Shown: positions 29,163 through 40,030, numbered from the stretch's first letter. The stretch is 64,000 nt of DNA from Clostridia bacterium (GCA_017549365.1 JAFYUZ010000027.1:5619-69618); one strand, 5' to 3'. Notes: generated by a model not told the origin, from the sequence alone. Numbers and translations are program-made.

Positions 29163-32100
29163 TTATTCTTCGTCGAAGCCGAGGTCGGATTCGGGATCGA
29201 AATCCTCATCGAAGTCCTCGTCGAAATCCTCGTCAAGCTCGTCCTCTGCGTCGTTTTCGGCATCATCGAAATTAAGGAAATCTTCAATGCCCGAAACTTC
29301 TGTGTTTGTGGCATTGCCGTCCTCATCGATGGTGGGAGCGACTCTCTTGACCTTTTCGGTCTCTTCTGCCGAGCTGTCCTTGATCTTGACTTCGTTTCCG
29401 TCTGCGTCAAGCACCTTTACGTCGAGCGCAAGAGACTTGAGCTCGCGGATAAGCACCTTGAACGATTCGGGAACGCCGGGAGTGGGGATATTGTGACCCT
29501 TGACGATGGCTTCGTATGCCTTTACACGGCCGATGACATCGTCGGACTTGACGGTAAGAATTTCCTGGAGGGTGTAGGCTGCGCCATAGGCTTCGAGAGC
29601 CCAAACTTCCATTTCTCCAAATCTCTGTCCGCCGAACTGTGCCTTACCGCCGAGCGGCTGCTGGGTAACCAGTGAATAAGGACCTGTGGAACGGGCGTGG
29701 ATCTTATCGTCAACGAGGTGGTGAAGCTTGAGGTAATACATGATACCAACGGTTACGGGGTTGTCAAACTGTTCGCCTGTGCGTCCGTCGTAAAGAACAG
29801 TCTTTCCGTCGGGGCGCATGCCCGCTTCCTTCATAAATTCGGCAATGCCCTTTTCGTCAGCACCGTCGAATACGGGGGTCATGATCTTGCATCCGAGCTT
29901 TCTTGCTGCGATACCGAGGTGTACCTCGAGCACCTGACCGATGTTCATTCGGGAAGGAACGCCCAGAGGATTAAGCACGATATCAAGAGGAGTACCGTCG
30001 GGGAGGAAAGGCATGTCTTCGGAGGGCAGGATGCGCGAAACGACACCCTTGTTACCGTGACGGCCGGCCATCTTGTCACCGACAGAGATCTTTCTCTTCT
30101 GTGCAATGTAAACTCTTACTACCTTGTTTACTCCGGGAGGAAGCTCGTCGGAGTTGTCACGCGAGAAGGTGCGGACGTCAACAACGATACCGCTTTCGCC
30201 GTGAGGCAGACGGAGAGATGTGTCGCGTACTTCGCGTGCTTTTTCGCCAAAGATGGCGCGCAGAAGTCTTTCTTCGGGGGTAAGCTCTGTTTCACCCTTG
30301 GGTGTAACCTTACCGACGAGGATATCGCCTGCGTGAACTTCGGCACCGCGGCAAATGATACCGTCGGCGGTAAGATTTTTGAGCGCATCATCGCCAACGT
30401 TGGGGATGTCGCGGGTGATCTCTTCGGGGCCGAGCTTTGTATCTCTTGCTTCGTGGGAATATTCTTCGATATGGATGGATGTGTAGATATCTTCTCTTAC
30501 AAGGCGCTCGTTAAGAAGAACGGCGTCCTCGTAGTTGTAACCTTCCCATGTCATAAAGCCGATAAGAGCGTTCTTACCAAGGGCGATTTCGCCGTTGGAG
30601 GTTGCGGGACCGTCGGCAATAACCTGTCCCTTTTCAACACGCTCGCCTGCCATAACGATGGGGCGCATATTTACACAAGTGCCCTGGTTAGAGCGCTTGA
30701 ACTTGATAAGGTGATATTCTCTCTGGTTTCCGTCATCCTCAAGAATACGGATGGTATCGGAATCAGCCTTGAGAATGGTTCCTGCTTCCTTTGCGACGGA
30801 TACGACACCCGAGTCAACGGCTGCCTTGTATTCCATACCTGTGGCAACAATGGGGCTGTCGGTCATCATAAGAGGCACTGCCTGCTTCTGCATGTTCGAA
30901 CCCATGAGCGCACGGGAGTTGTCGTCGTTTTCAAGGAAGGGAATGTGAGCTGTTGCAACAGATACAACCATCTTAGGCGAAACGTCCATGTAGTCTATGC
31001 GGTTTGCATCAACTTCAAGGATCTCTTCGCGGTATCTTGCCGTAACACGCTCTTTTGCAAACTTGCCCTCTTCGGTAAGAGCTTCGTTTGCCTGAGCAAC
31101 GATGTATTCGTCCTCCATGTCGGCTGTCATATAAACAACTTCGTCTGTTACAACACCCGTTTCCTTGTCAACCTTGCGGTAGGGCGCTTCGATGAAGCCG
31201 AAGTCGTTGATCTTTGCATAGGTCGAGAGGTAGGAGATAAGACCGATGTTAGGACCTTCGGGAGTCTCGATAGGACACATTCTGCCGTAATGGGTATAGT
31301 GAACGTCACGGACTTCGAAGGATGCACGGTCACGCGAAAGACCGCCGGGGCCGAGAGCCGAAAGACGGCGCTTGTGTGTAAGCTCTGCAAGGGGGTTCGA
31401 CTGGTCCATAAACTGCGAAAGAGGCGACGAGCCGAAGAACTCCTTTATAGAGGATACGATGGGTCTGATGTTGATAAGGTTCTGAGGAGTGAGATTTTCC
31501 GAATCCTGGATGGTCATGCGCTCCTTAACGATCTTGTCCATGCGGGCAAAGCCGATGCGGAGCTGGTTCTGAAGAAGCTCTCCGACCGAGCGCAGACGAC
31601 GATTGCCGAGATGGTCGATATCGTCGGTTGTACCACACATGTGTGTAAGGCTGAGCAGATAGTTGATGGATGCGAAAATGTCCTCGCGGGTGATGTGCTT
31701 TGCAATAAGCTCATCGCGGCGCATAAGGAACTGCTCCTTGAACTCTGCGGCGTTCGAAACGCCGTCAAGGATCTCCGAAAGAACTTCTGTGTTGACTCTT
31801 TCGGTGATGTTGAGATCTTTGTAATATTCTTCGGGAACAACGCCAAGCTTATCGATGAAAGCGGTCTTGTTGCCGAACACCTTGAATTCAACTCTGGGAG
31901 TTGCGGGTGTGATGGCGTTGGAAAGAAGATAAACTTCGTTGACACCTGCGTTTTCGATCTCTTCTGCCATGGCGCGGTTAAGAACTGTGCCTGCCTCGAA
32001 AAGGATCTCGCCCGTAAAGGTGTTTACGACGTCGCGGGCAAGCTCAAAGCCTGCAATACGGCGGGCAAGAGCAAGCTTCTTGTTAAACTTGTATCTTCCG

Positions 32101-32993
32101 ACAGCAGAAATATCGTAACGCTTGGAATCAAAGAAGAGATTATTGATAAGAATAAGGGCGCTGTCAACGATGGCAGGATCGCCGGGACGAAGCTTGCGGT
32201 AGATCTCCTTAAGAGCTTCGTGGTGAGCGCTCGATTCGTTCTTCATGGCGTCGGATTCGCTGGAATCCTTTTCGAAGGTAGCACGAAGCTTTTCGTTGTC
32301 GCCGAAGAATTCGATAATCTGATCGTTGGTGGAAAGTCTCTCGTCAAGGGCTCTGATAAGCACAGTGATGGGAAGCTTGCGGTTTTTGTCAATTCTTACG
32401 TAGAAAACATCGTTGGCGTCGGTTTCATATTCGAGCCATGCGCCGCGATAAGGGATAACCGTTGCGGTAAAGATTCTCTTATCCGACTTGTCCATGGTGG
32501 AATCGTAATAGATACCGGGCGAACGGACGAGCTGGGAAACGATAACACGCTCCGCACCGTTGATGACAAAAGTACCTGTTTCGGTCATCAGCGGAAAATC
32601 ACCCATGAAAACCTCTGCATCCTTGATTTCGCCGGTCTGTTTGTTGGAAAGTCTGACCTTGACCTTCAGGGGAGCGGCAAAGTTTACGTCTCTCTCTTTG
32701 CACTCTTCAACAGAATACTTGGGCTTGTACTCCAGCGAGTAGTCGATGAAATCGATGTTGAGGTTTCCGGAATAATCGACGAGCGGGGACACGTCGTCAA
32801 GAACCTCGCGCAGACCTTTATCAAGGAACCACTGATATGATTTTTTCTGCACCTCGATAAAATTGGGCATTTCACAGAGATCTTCGTTGATTTTGGAAAA
32901 GCTGTATCTCAGATTCTTACCGAGATATTTGCGCTTAACTATACCGCTGTCAACGAGCTTCTGAAGCTTTGAAGGTTCAACCATATTAAGCAA
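29163..32993 (-). CDS. rpoB: DNA-directed RNA polymerase subunit beta (1276 aa, with an acidic C-terminal tail)
   Basis: '[10 protein letters not shown]', '[16 protein letters not shown]', '[13 protein letters not shown]', 'MNIGQVLE'. Confidence 0.97.
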   Translation of the reverse strand: MLNMVEPSKLQKLVDSGIVKRKYLGKNLRYSFSKINEDLCEMPNFIEVQKKSYQWFLDKGLREVLDDVSPLVDYSGNLNIDFIDYSLEYKPKYSVEECKERDVNFAAPLKVKVRLSNKQTGEIKDAEVFMGDFPLMTETGTFVINGAERVIVSQLVRSPGIYYDSTMDKSDKRIFTATVIPYRGAWLEYETDANDVFYVRIDKNRKLPITVLIRALDERLSTNDQIIEFFGDNEKLRATFEKDSSESDAMKNESSAHHEALKEIYRKLRPGDPAIVDSALILINNLFFDSKRYDISAVGRYKFNKKLALARRIAGFELARDVVNTFTGEILFEAGTVLNRAMAEEIENAGVNEVYLLSNAITPATPRVEFKVFGNKTAFIDKLGVVPEEYYKDLNITERVNTEVLSEILDGVSNAAEFKEQFLMRRDELIAKHITREDIFASINYLLSLTHMCGTTDDIDHLGNRRLRSVGELLQNQLRIGFARMDKIVKERMTIQDSENLTPQNLINIRPIVSSIKEFFGSSPLSQFMDQSNPLAELTHKRRLSALGPGGLSRDRASFEVRDVHYTHYGRMCPIETPEGPNIGLISYLSTYAKINDFGFIEAPYRKVDKETGVVTDEVVYMTADMEDEYIVAQANEALTEEGKFAKERVTARYREEILEVDANRIDYMDVSPKMVVSVATAHIPFLENDDNSRALMGSNMQKQAVPLMMTDSPIVATGMEYKAAVDSGVVSVAKEAGTILKADSDTIRILEDDGNQREYHLIKFKRSNQGTCVNMRPIVMAGERVEKGQVIADGPATSNGEIALGKNALIGFMTWEGYNYEDAVLLNERLVREDIYTSIHIEEYSHEARDTKLGPEEITRDIPNVGDDALKNLTADGIICRGAEVHAGDILVGKVTPKGETELTPEERLLRAIFGEKAREVRDTSLRLPHGESGIVVDVRTFSRDNSDELPPGVNKVVRVYIAQKRKISVGDKMAGRHGNKGVVSRILPSEDMPFLPDGTPLDIVLNPLGVPSRMNIGQVLEVHLGIAARKLGCKIMTPVFDGADEKGIAEFMKEAGMRPDGKTVLYDGRTGEQFDNPVTVGIMYYLKLHHLVDDKIHARSTGPYSLVTQQPLGGKAQFGGQRFGEMEVWALEAYGAAYTLQEILTVKSDDVIGRVKAYEAIVKGHNIPTPGVPESFKVLIRELKSLALDVKVLDADGNEVKIKDSSAEETEKVKRVAPTIDEDGNATNTEVSGIEDFLNFDDAENDAEDELDEDFDEDFDEDFDPESDLGFDEE

Positions 32994-33085
32994 TCACTCC
33001 ATTCATTTTTCCGGTCATTATGTGGAATTTCGATGTCTGAGGGGTCAAAAACGCAGACAACTACTCAATTATAATGCAGTATAAT

Positions 33086-33114
33086 AATATAGCATTGTTT
33101 TCTCGATTTGTCAA
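33086..33114 (-). promoter_or_regulatory. Sigma-A promoter, TTGACA-17nt-TATATT, upstream of rpoB
   Basis: Reverse complement of 33109-33114 is TTGACA. Reverse complement of 33086-33091 is TATATT. This leaves a leader of roughly 90 nt to the rpoB ATG. Confidence 0.6.
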
Positions 33115-33267
33115 GGGATTTTTTGGAATTTTTGATTTTATTTACATTTTGTTCACCAAATTCGTTTGAGAACGCATAAAACGCCCAAAAACGGGCAAAA
33201 TCAAAGCATCGGCTGCCAAAAAGAAAAAAAGCGGGTCTTTCGACCCGCGATCCATCGTTTTTTTCAT

Positions 33268-33615
33268 TTATACATTAAATACCTTTAAAGATTTGCCGTA
33301 CTCAAGGCATTTTTTTGCCGTGTCGGCAGATCCCCTCGGATGATCTCCGTGGACAAACGCCAAAACGTGGTCGGCATACTTCACGATCTCTGTGTTTCGC
33401 AAAAGAGTGGCGTTTCTGCCGTATTTTTCGTATTGGGGATAAAATATTTTTATCGGAATCCCGTGCTCGTCCGCATACCGCTCGGCAAGTTTGTCCACTC
33501 CCTCGGCGCCGCCGCTGACTATCTCGGTGCAGTTGATCGGAACTTTGCCGCATATCAGATTGTAAACCGCCTCGGGATCGGGAATATCGCGGGAGCCGAT
33601 GATGGCCACTTTCAA
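33268..33615 (-). CDS. DUF2493 / SLOG-fold (DprA-LOG-like) small protein
   Basis: 'IIGSRD......V.......I.......EIVSGGAEGVD.LAE.YA' is the pattern of this family as I recall it. Confidence 0.6.
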   Translation of the reverse strand: MKVAIIGSRDIPDPEAVYNLICGKVPINCTEIVSGGAEGVDKLAERYADEHGIPIKIFYPQYEKYGRNATLLRNTEIVKYADHVLAFVHGDHPRGSADTAKKCLEYGKSLKVFNV

Positions 33616-33727
33616 AAAATCACCCCATTTTTTATATTTTTTTCATTACATATTGTACGCCGCAAAACAAATATTATATATTGCCGCAAAAAGCTCTTTG
33701 CGCTTTTGCGGTTATGTGTGAAGTGCG

Positions 33728-34960
33728 ATGAAAAAAGGAATGGTCATTAAAATGCAGAAAAAATCTAAAGAAAAAAAGCTTCGTCCGAAATTTTCCGACA
33801 AAAACAGACTAATATATTTTATACCCTTTTTGCTGTTTTTGTCAATACTTGTTTTGGGCGCCGCCGAAAAAGCAATACCCGGAGAAATATACGCCGCCCC
33901 GTCTTCGTCGGTTGCGGTATCGCATCAGGCGACGGGGGTAAGCGCGTCGATTTCGCCCGAAAACGAATACACCGCAAAGCTTTTTGGATTTATCCCCGCA
34001 AAAAACGTTGAAAGCAATATCCCCGGGGATCTTTCGCTTGTGCCCTGCGGCGACGTTTTCGGAGTGAAATTTTTTACAAAAGGCGTTGTGATAACCGACA
34101 TTTCTGAGGTCGAGACCGAAAGGGGCATAATCAGCCCGGCCGGCAAAGCGGGACTGAAAAAAGGCGACGTGATACTTTCTCTTGACGGCAAAGAGGTAAA
34201 CACCTCGGAGGATACCACAAAGGCAATCTCCTCGTCGGGCGGCAAAGAGATAGTTGCGGAATTTGTCCGCGACGGAAAAAACTATAAGGCAAAACTTTTG
34301 CCTGTAAAGGCAAGCGCGGACAACAACTACAAGGCAGGCATGTGGGTGCGGGACAGCACGGCAGGTATCGGCACCATAACTTACTATGATCCCGACGACG
34401 GAAGCTTTGCGGGGCTCGGTCACGGAATATACGACGGCGAGACCCAGCTGCTTCTGCCCCTTTTGCGCGGAGCCGTGGTGGATATATCCCTTAATGATAT
34501 TATAAAAGGAAGAGACGGACATCCCGGCGAGCTCAAGGGCGAATTTGGAGAAGAAAAGGTCGGCTCTCTTTTCGGAAACACCGCCTGCGGAGTGTACGGA
34601 ACTCTTGCAAAAGAGCCGAAAACCATAAGCCAAAAGCTTCCCTGCGCCTTAAAGGGCGAGTTGCAGAAAGGCAAAGCTACGATTCTGTCGAACGTGGACG
34701 GACTTGGCGTAAAAGAATATGACATCGAGATCGTCAAGATATATTCGGGAAACGAAGAGACAAAAAACTTCGTCATCGAGGTAACCGACGACGAGCTTCT
34801 TGAAAAGACCGGAGGCATCGTCCGCGGAATGTCAGGTAGTCCGATTATTCAGGATGGAAAATTAGTTGGTGCAGTTACTCACGTTATGGTAAACGATCCG
34901 ACGAGGGGATATGGAATTTTTATAGAAAACATGCTAGCGGAGGCTGAGAAGGTTAAATAA
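33728..34960 (+). CDS. spoIVB: SpoIVB peptidase (S55) with PDZ domain
   Basis: 'GIGTITYYDP..GSFAGLGHGI', '[20 protein letters not shown]', and a PDZ segment. Which of the three N-terminal ATGs is the start is uncertain. Confidence 0.88.
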   Translation: MKKGMVIKMQKKSKEKKLRPKFSDKNRLIYFIPFLLFLSILVLGAAEKAIPGEIYAAPSSSVAVSHQATGVSASISPENEYTAKLFGFIPAKNVESNIPGDLSLVPCGDVFGVKFFTKGVVITDISEVETERGIISPAGKAGLKKGDVILSLDGKEVNTSEDTTKAISSSGGKEIVAEFVRDGKNYKAKLLPVKASADNNYKAGMWVRDSTAGIGTITYYDPDDGSFAGLGHGIYDGETQLLLPLLRGAVVDISLNDIIKGRDGHPGELKGEFGEEKVGSLFGNTACGVYGTLAKEPKTISQKLPCALKGELQKGKATILSNVDGLGVKEYDIEIVKIYSGNEETKNFVIEVTDDELLEKTGGIVRGMSGSPIIQDGKLVGAVTHVMVNDPTRGYGIFIENMLAEAEKVK

Positions 34961-34998
34961 GAAAAATGCTCGTCTATTTAATATAGGCGAGCATTTTT
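34854..34998 (+). repeat. Direct repeat copy 1: functional spoIVB 3' end plus terminator
   Basis: 34854-34908 is identical over 55 nt to 38969-39023. The following ~90 nt, including the stop codon and terminator hairpin, align with copy 2 at roughly three-quarters identity by eye. Confidence 0.9.
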
Positions 34999-35048
34999 AA
35001 TTTTTATTCACAAAGTGACGATATAAGTAATTTTTCATCATAAAACCC

Positions 35049-35077
35049 TTGAAAAAATATGAAAAAGGCGTTACAAT
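35049..35077 (+). promoter_or_regulatory. Sigma-A promoter, TTGAAA-17nt-TACAAT, inside the islet
   Basis: TTGAAA at 35049-35054 and TACAAT at 35072-35077. Confidence 0.55.
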
Positions 35078-35180
35078 AAAGTTACATTATAAATATTCGG
35101 GACGAACATTCCATACTTTTCGGATATGGTTCGGTAATACATATGCGCAAGCCTCAAAACAACATTAAGGAGTGATTTGA

Positions 35181-36140
35181 ATGAAGGCATTTTATCGTTA
35201 TCTCAGTTTTACAGCAATGCTGATACTGCTGCTTGTGTCTGTGGTTCCGTGTCTTGCGGTGGATGATGCCGTTGTCACGATCGACTCGGTTGAATTTGAA
35301 GAATACTCAGACATATTCGGTGAACGTGATAAACACACGGTCATAACCAGAATAAAATACACCGTTCCCGAAAAGACCAGAAGCGTGTCTCTTTTGCTTC
35401 TCGGCAAAGACATATCGGACACGGATGGTTTTGAACAAAGCATCATCTACATAGATCAGATCGACGAGCCTTGCGGCGAATACGAATTTTTGATAGAGCG
35501 CTCAAGAATAGAAAATGCCCTCGGGACTTCAGATATCGAAGGCAAAACTTTATATCTCAAAATGGGTGCATCGGGCAGCTCCACTCCCGATGTAAAAGCA
35601 GTTGAATACAATACACCCACCTGCATGACCTTTGAAGGCGCACAGATAAAAATGAACGGTGAGCAGGGACTAAGATTTGTTTTCTCTATTCCGAAATCGG
35701 TTTATGAAACTCTTGAGCAGCCCCAGTCTCCATCGGATACGGATCTTGGTTTCGGAAGCGTTGTATTGCCAAAGAAATATCTTGGTGACGAAAAGCTCGT
35801 AAAAGATTTTGTCACCGTCATTGACGGAAAAACAAAGAAGGCAAAAACGGCACCTGCCGTAAATCTTTTCAAGATTACCGACAAGTATGTATACTTCACG
35901 GTATGTGTGCTGCAGATAGACGAAACACACTATGCCGAAGAGTACACCGCGGTACCCTATATCACCTACAAAAAAGACGGTGAAAGTGTGACCGAATACG
36001 GTATGCAATCTCAAAATGTAAGTGTTTTTACGGTTGCTGAGCTTTGCTACGACGACTCAAGAACAACCGCCGAAGAAAAAAACTATCTGTATGACAGGAT
36101 CTTGTCTGTCATGGATCCCGAAAAGTACCCGGCAAAATAA
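35181..36140 (+). CDS. Secreted protein, unknown function
   Basis: AAGGAG RBS and signal peptide 'LILLLVSVVPCLA'. I recognise no family. Confidence 0.6.
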   Translation: MKAFYRYLSFTAMLILLLVSVVPCLAVDDAVVTIDSVEFEEYSDIFGERDKHTVITRIKYTVPEKTRSVSLLLLGKDISDTDGFEQSIIYIDQIDEPCGEYEFLIERSRIENALGTSDIEGKTLYLKMGASGSSTPDVKAVEYNTPTCMTFEGAQIKMNGEQGLRFVFSIPKSVYETLEQPQSPSDTDLGFGSVVLPKKYLGDEKLVKDFVTVIDGKTKKAKTAPAVNLFKITDKYVYFTVCVLQIDETHYAEEYTAVPYITYKKDGESVTEYGMQSQNVSVFTVAELCYDDSRTTAEEKNYLYDRILSVMDPEKYPAK

Positions 36141-36205
36141 AAACATATTTAATTTGACAAAAATGACAAACAGATAAATGTAAACCCTGAAAGGAGGGTA
36201 CCAAT

Positions 36206-38980
36206 ATGAAAAGAATAATCGGAATATTGCTTTGTTTTGTTATCATGTTAAATTTATTTCCTGCTGTGTATGCATCCACCGAAAATGTAGACTACAAGGT
36301 AATCTATATTTCATCGTGGAGAGATTTTTACGAAGCTTTCCGGGATAACGTATGGTGGAATGATAACCCTGATACGCATTACATAATGAAGCTTAATAAG
36401 GATCTTCATATGGATTTGACCACTTCAACAGATTTTTATGAGGTTGAGAGTCGTTCAGTACAGATGTGCGGTTATGTTACGTTTGATTTCAACGGTCATG
36501 TTCTTTCGTGTACGGATATCAATCCCGAAGACAAAAATAAAAACGGAAATTTTATTTCAATCGAGATGAGCCGTATCAACAACGAAGTAGGATCGGTATT
36601 ACGAATAACCGACTCTGTTGGAGGCGGTGGAATATTTATGGATGCTTACCGCCATTCTGATACTCAGATAGCTGCTCTTTTGGTGAGAGAATCTTCTGTC
36701 AACAGAAATACTGTTCCATACATTCTTTGCCCTGAACCGATTTGCAAGCTTATCATTGATGATGGACTTTTTCAGTTGAACTCACGGATTGTAACCCTGA
36801 ACAGCAACGGAACAAACAACATTGTCACCAATTATCGTGGTGCCGTAATAGCTGACAGCGTGGGACACGTTGAGATTAACGGCGGCATTTTTGCTGCAAG
36901 GTCTCTTGGTACAGATGCAGGAGCTGAGCTTGGTGATGAATTGGGAATGAAAGGGCTTAATCAGCGTGAACTCAGTGCATTTGGAACATGTTGTACCGAG
37001 TGCGTCGCACAGTTGCAGTCCCGTCCTACCGACCTTGTGATAAACGGCGGTGTTTTTGCCTCCGACGGTTATGCAATACACCATTTCCACGGTCTTTATA
37101 CAGATATATATACCCATAATGGCCTTAGCGGTCAGGAAATTGACAAGCTCACTTTCCCGAAAATTAACGGTGGAATTTTCGACGGTGCAATCGGATATAT
37201 AGGAAGAAGCGGTATTGCTGTTTCCGGTTTAAGCGGCACATTTGGAGATCCATTCTCTGAGCTTTTGGAAAGACCGTTTTCAAGCCTTATTTCTCCTTTT
37301 GCTTTAGTTGATATGAAAATTGTCGATTCTGATCAAACAAAGCAACTGAATCTGTCTAAATGTACTCTTGAGGATGTAAATACCAGCCATCTGAGATTGA
37401 CGGTTGTAAGTACTTCGCTCCTTTCTACCGAATTTTACCCGACGCCCGATCCCGAATCCGAGGTTACGCAACTGGTTCGTGATACATCTATGACCGAAAC
37501 ATTTGAGGTGATATACAGTATTCCCGATTATATGGAAGGGGAATTTGAAGTAAGAACAAACGTAACCCGCCGCGAAGACGGAACCAACCGGATAATTGAA
37601 GACGGTATTGTTAATTATGCAGATTATCCCAACGGAGTTACAATAGATGTGAATATTTCCGTAATCCGCGGTGCACACGTAAGCACATTTAACAAGACTT
37701 ATGAGGTAACCGTGCTTCCGGAGCCCCAGGCGGCTGTTATTACTACTCAGCCGAAATCAACTACGGTAAAACCCGGTGAATATGCAAAGCTTTCCGTTAC
37801 AGCCGACCATGCTGCGGCATATCAATGGTATGTTGTTGCGGCAGGACAAAAAATTCCTCTTACCCAACAGTTTATATCTATGTTGTTTGACGAAGGACAG
37901 ATACATGGCGAAACAACTCCTTGCTTGACGGTGACGGCAGACGGTGTATCAAATGCACAGTTTTACTGTGAGATCACAGGTACTGACGGTTCAAAGACAA
38001 ATTCGAAATATGCCACAACAACATTTGGCGATCTGCCGCAGGTTTTGTCCTTTAGCGGCGGAGAATTTGAAGCGGGCGGAGATGCAACCTTTACCCTGTG
38101 GGCAGATTATGCGGAAAATGTTGACTGGATCGTGCAGGTAAAGCAGGGCAGTAATACCGATTTCTATAATCTCAAAGAATATGCCGAAGAAACCGGTTGT
38201 GAATATGTTCAGTCACATAAAATAATGCCCTCAGGCATTTACAAAACAACCGTTACATTCAAGGATGTACCCGAGTCGGCAGCAAGAAGTATGTCTGTGG
38301 GATATGAGATGAAAAATGCGCTTGGTAAGGTTTCGTTCAATTCCAAAAACACCGTTGCTTTTACACTCAAGGTAATAAAGCCCGAAATCACACAGAATCT
38401 TGAATCGCAGGAATGTATTGACGGCGAAGATCTGACCTTTACATTTAAAGCAAAAAATATGACAGATGTTGAGTGGAGATTTGAAAAGCTCGATGAGGAC
38501 GGCACAGCCGTTGCATATGACCAAGACGAAATGCAGAATATCTTTTCGGAATCGGCATTTGGTACAAGATTTGAAACCGACAGCGAAACCGGCGAAAGTA
38601 CAGCAACTCTTGTCATAAACAACGCGAGATACGAGATGCGTGATTATAGCATTTACGTTTATGCACACAATTCAACCGGCTCATATCTGGCAGGATTCAC
38701 GCATTTCAACGTAACCGAGGTTGAAGACTTTGATATCTCAGACTGCAGCAACGATTTTGGGGTTATCACAGTGTGCTGCCCCGAGGCGGGAAACTACATT
38801 GTTTATATTGCAGGCTATGATGAATACGGAAGACTTGAAAAAGTCAATACCGTTCCCTTGTTTTTGAATAGAGGAAAAGCAGATTACTATACCTTTGAGG
38901 AGTTTGCCGATCACGCAAAAATAAAAGTTATGCTTTGGGATGAAAATATGAGCCCCCTCTGCGAAGCTATGGAAAATTAG
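36206..38980 (+). CDS. Large secreted protein: putative beta-helix region plus Ig-like domains
   Basis: AGGAGG RBS and a signal peptide. The motif 'INGG[IV]F' recurs three times and 'GGGIF' once. An Ig-like module '[19 protein letters not shown]...YQWYVV...[15 protein letters not shown]' resembles the repeats in ORF 2-1438. The TAG stop lies inside repeat copy 2. Confidence 0.65.
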   Translation: MKRIIGILLCFVIMLNLFPAVYASTENVDYKVIYISSWRDFYEAFRDNVWWNDNPDTHYIMKLNKDLHMDLTTSTDFYEVESRSVQMCGYVTFDFNGHVLSCTDINPEDKNKNGNFISIEMSRINNEVGSVLRITDSVGGGGIFMDAYRHSDTQIAALLVRESSVNRNTVPYILCPEPICKLIIDDGLFQLNSRIVTLNSNGTNNIVTNYRGAVIADSVGHVEINGGIFAARSLGTDAGAELGDELGMKGLNQRELSAFGTCCTECVAQLQSRPTDLVINGGVFASDGYAIHHFHGLYTDIYTHNGLSGQEIDKLTFPKINGGIFDGAIGYIGRSGIAVSGLSGTFGDPFSELLERPFSSLISPFALVDMKIVDSDQTKQLNLSKCTLEDVNTSHLRLTVVSTSLLSTEFYPTPDPESEVTQLVRDTSMTETFEVIYSIPDYMEGEFEVRTNVTRREDGTNRIIEDGIVNYADYPNGVTIDVNISVIRGAHVSTFNKTYEVTVLPEPQAAVITTQPKSTTVKPGEYAKLSVTADHAAAYQWYVVAAGQKIPLTQQFISMLFDEGQIHGETTPCLTVTADGVSNAQFYCEITGTDGSKTNSKYATTTFGDLPQVLSFSGGEFEAGGDATFTLWADYAENVDWIVQVKQGSNTDFYNLKEYAEETGCEYVQSHKIMPSGIYKTTVTFKDVPESAARSMSVGYEMKNALGKVSFNSKNTVAFTLKVIKPEITQNLESQECIDGEDLTFTFKAKNMTDVEWRFEKLDEDGTAVAYDQDEMQNIFSESAFGTRFETDSETGESTATLVINNARYEMRDYSIYVYAHNSTGSYLAGFTHFNVTEVEDFDISDCSNDFGVITVCCPEAGNYIVYIAGYDEYGRLEKVNTVPLFLNRGKADYYTFEEFADHAKIKVMLWDENMSPLCEAMEN

Positions 38981-39112
38981 TTGGTGCAGTTACTCACGTT
39001 ATGGTAAACGATCCGACGAGGGGTTATGGAATATTCGTTGAAAATATGCTGTCGGAAGCAGAGAAATTTAGATAAGAGAAACGCTCGTCTATTGATTTAG
39101 ACGAGCGTTTTT
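38969..39112 (+). pseudogene. Direct repeat copy 2: orphan spoIVB 3' fragment ('[34 protein letters not shown]') plus terminator
   Basis: Same reading frame content as the spoIVB C-terminus, but with no upstream gene body. The terminator hairpin is acgctcgtct/agacgagcgt, followed by a T-run. Confidence 0.85.
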
Positions 39113-39124
39113 GATGGACAAGCA

Positions 39125-39880
39125 TCATATTGGTTTTCTTGAGAATCTGAATTTGTCAGGAGAAATTTTATAAAATCGTTTAAACGCCCTGCTAAACTGA
39201 TAAATGTCGGAATATCCCACCATAAGAGCAACTTCCCCCACGGGAAACATCTCGAGCAGCAAAGTTTTCGCCTGATTCATGCGTATTCTTGTAATATATT
39301 GAAAAGGAGTCATTCCAAACTCTTTTCTGAAAAGTTTGTGAATATACGATTTGCTTATATTACAGCTTTCAGCCAGGAAATCAAGAGTCAGGTCACTTTT
39401 GTTATAAAATTTTTCAATTGTTTCAAGCGCGGGGGACAACAACGAGTTGCTGTCTCCGGGCTCATACGGGAAACATTCCCCGAGCAGTTGATATATTTTT
39501 TCAAATATTCTGGATCTTTTTCTTGCCGTAGGATTTGCATTCAGAACTATTATTTCGTTAAAACATTTTTGCAAATGCTCTCTGTCGGGCGGTAAAAGCC
39601 AAAAAATCTTTTCTTTGTTGCTTTTTGCTTTGATGTTTATCATTATGCTTTGTGCATTTTCCATGCACGAGTTTAAGTAACTCATGCCCTCCTGAATAAA
39701 AACGGGGTGGTCGGCATCGGCAATCACCTTCCCCGTTTCCCACGAAAATTCGATTTTCCCGTGTATAGGAAAAATCAAAGCAGAGCTTTCTCGTTTGTTA
39801 ATATAAAAACTTATTCCCTGATGGTTTATCGGCTTACTTATCGATAAAAACTCGGTAATAACAAAAGCTTCTTCGTCCAT
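39125..39880 (-). CDS. AraC-family transcriptional regulator (cupin-like N-terminal domain plus HTH)
   Basis: C-terminal 'FLAESCNISKSYIHKLFRKEFGMTPFQYI...VGYSDIYQFSRAFKRFY.ISP'. GGAGGTG precedes the ATG at 39880. Confidence 0.85.
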   Translation of the reverse strand: MDEEAFVITEFLSISKPINHQGISFYINKRESSALIFPIHGKIEFSWETGKVIADADHPVFIQEGMSYLNSCMENAQSIMINIKAKSNKEKIFWLLPPDREHLQKCFNEIIVLNANPTARKRSRIFEKIYQLLGECFPYEPGDSNSLLSPALETIEKFYNKSDLTLDFLAESCNISKSYIHKLFRKEFGMTPFQYITRIRMNQAKTLLLEMFPVGEVALMVGYSDIYQFSRAFKRFYKISPDKFRFSRKPI

Positions 39881-40030
39881 AAATTCACCTCCACCATTTA
39901 TATTGTATATAAAACACACGGTTTTGTCAAACGCTTTGTACATTTTCGGCTAAATTAAATGTATTTTCAGTCATTTAAACAATGGTTTTTAAGTGGTATA
40001 CTGTGTTTATAAAACAAGGAGGTTGATACT

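Larger units (their letters stand above)
34909..39023 (+). mobile_element. Candidate integrated islet (about 4.1 kb, two secreted-protein genes), with no recombinase present
   Basis: It is bracketed by the 55-nt perfect direct repeat. By eye its interior is more AT-rich than spoIVB. The architecture resembles attL/attR of elements that integrate into a gene's 3' end and supply a replacement end. Confidence 0.45.

Noticed and set aside
24930-32840. Very long plus-strand ORFs (669, 680 and 1047 aa) antisense to rpoC and rpoB.
   Set aside because: They lie exactly opposite genes with unmistakable RNAP motifs. Their translations are low-complexity (rich in V, G, C, F) with no recognisable domains. 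Such shadow ORFs arise when TTA, CTA and TCA codons are rare in the sense frame.
33268-33615. DUF2493/SLOG protein as part of a nucleotide-signalling conflict system.
   Set aside because: It is a lone 115-aa gene between the rpoB leader and spoIVB, with no effector, cyclase or nuclease partner in the neighbourhood. Nothing in the sequence supports a system.
34854-39112. Possibility that the duplicated spoIVB tail is a template/variable repeat pair of a diversity-generating retroelement.
   Set aside because: The mismatches between the copies involve all four bases rather than being adenine-specific. No reverse transcriptase is present in the window. One copy is simply the end of a conserved protease plus its terminator.
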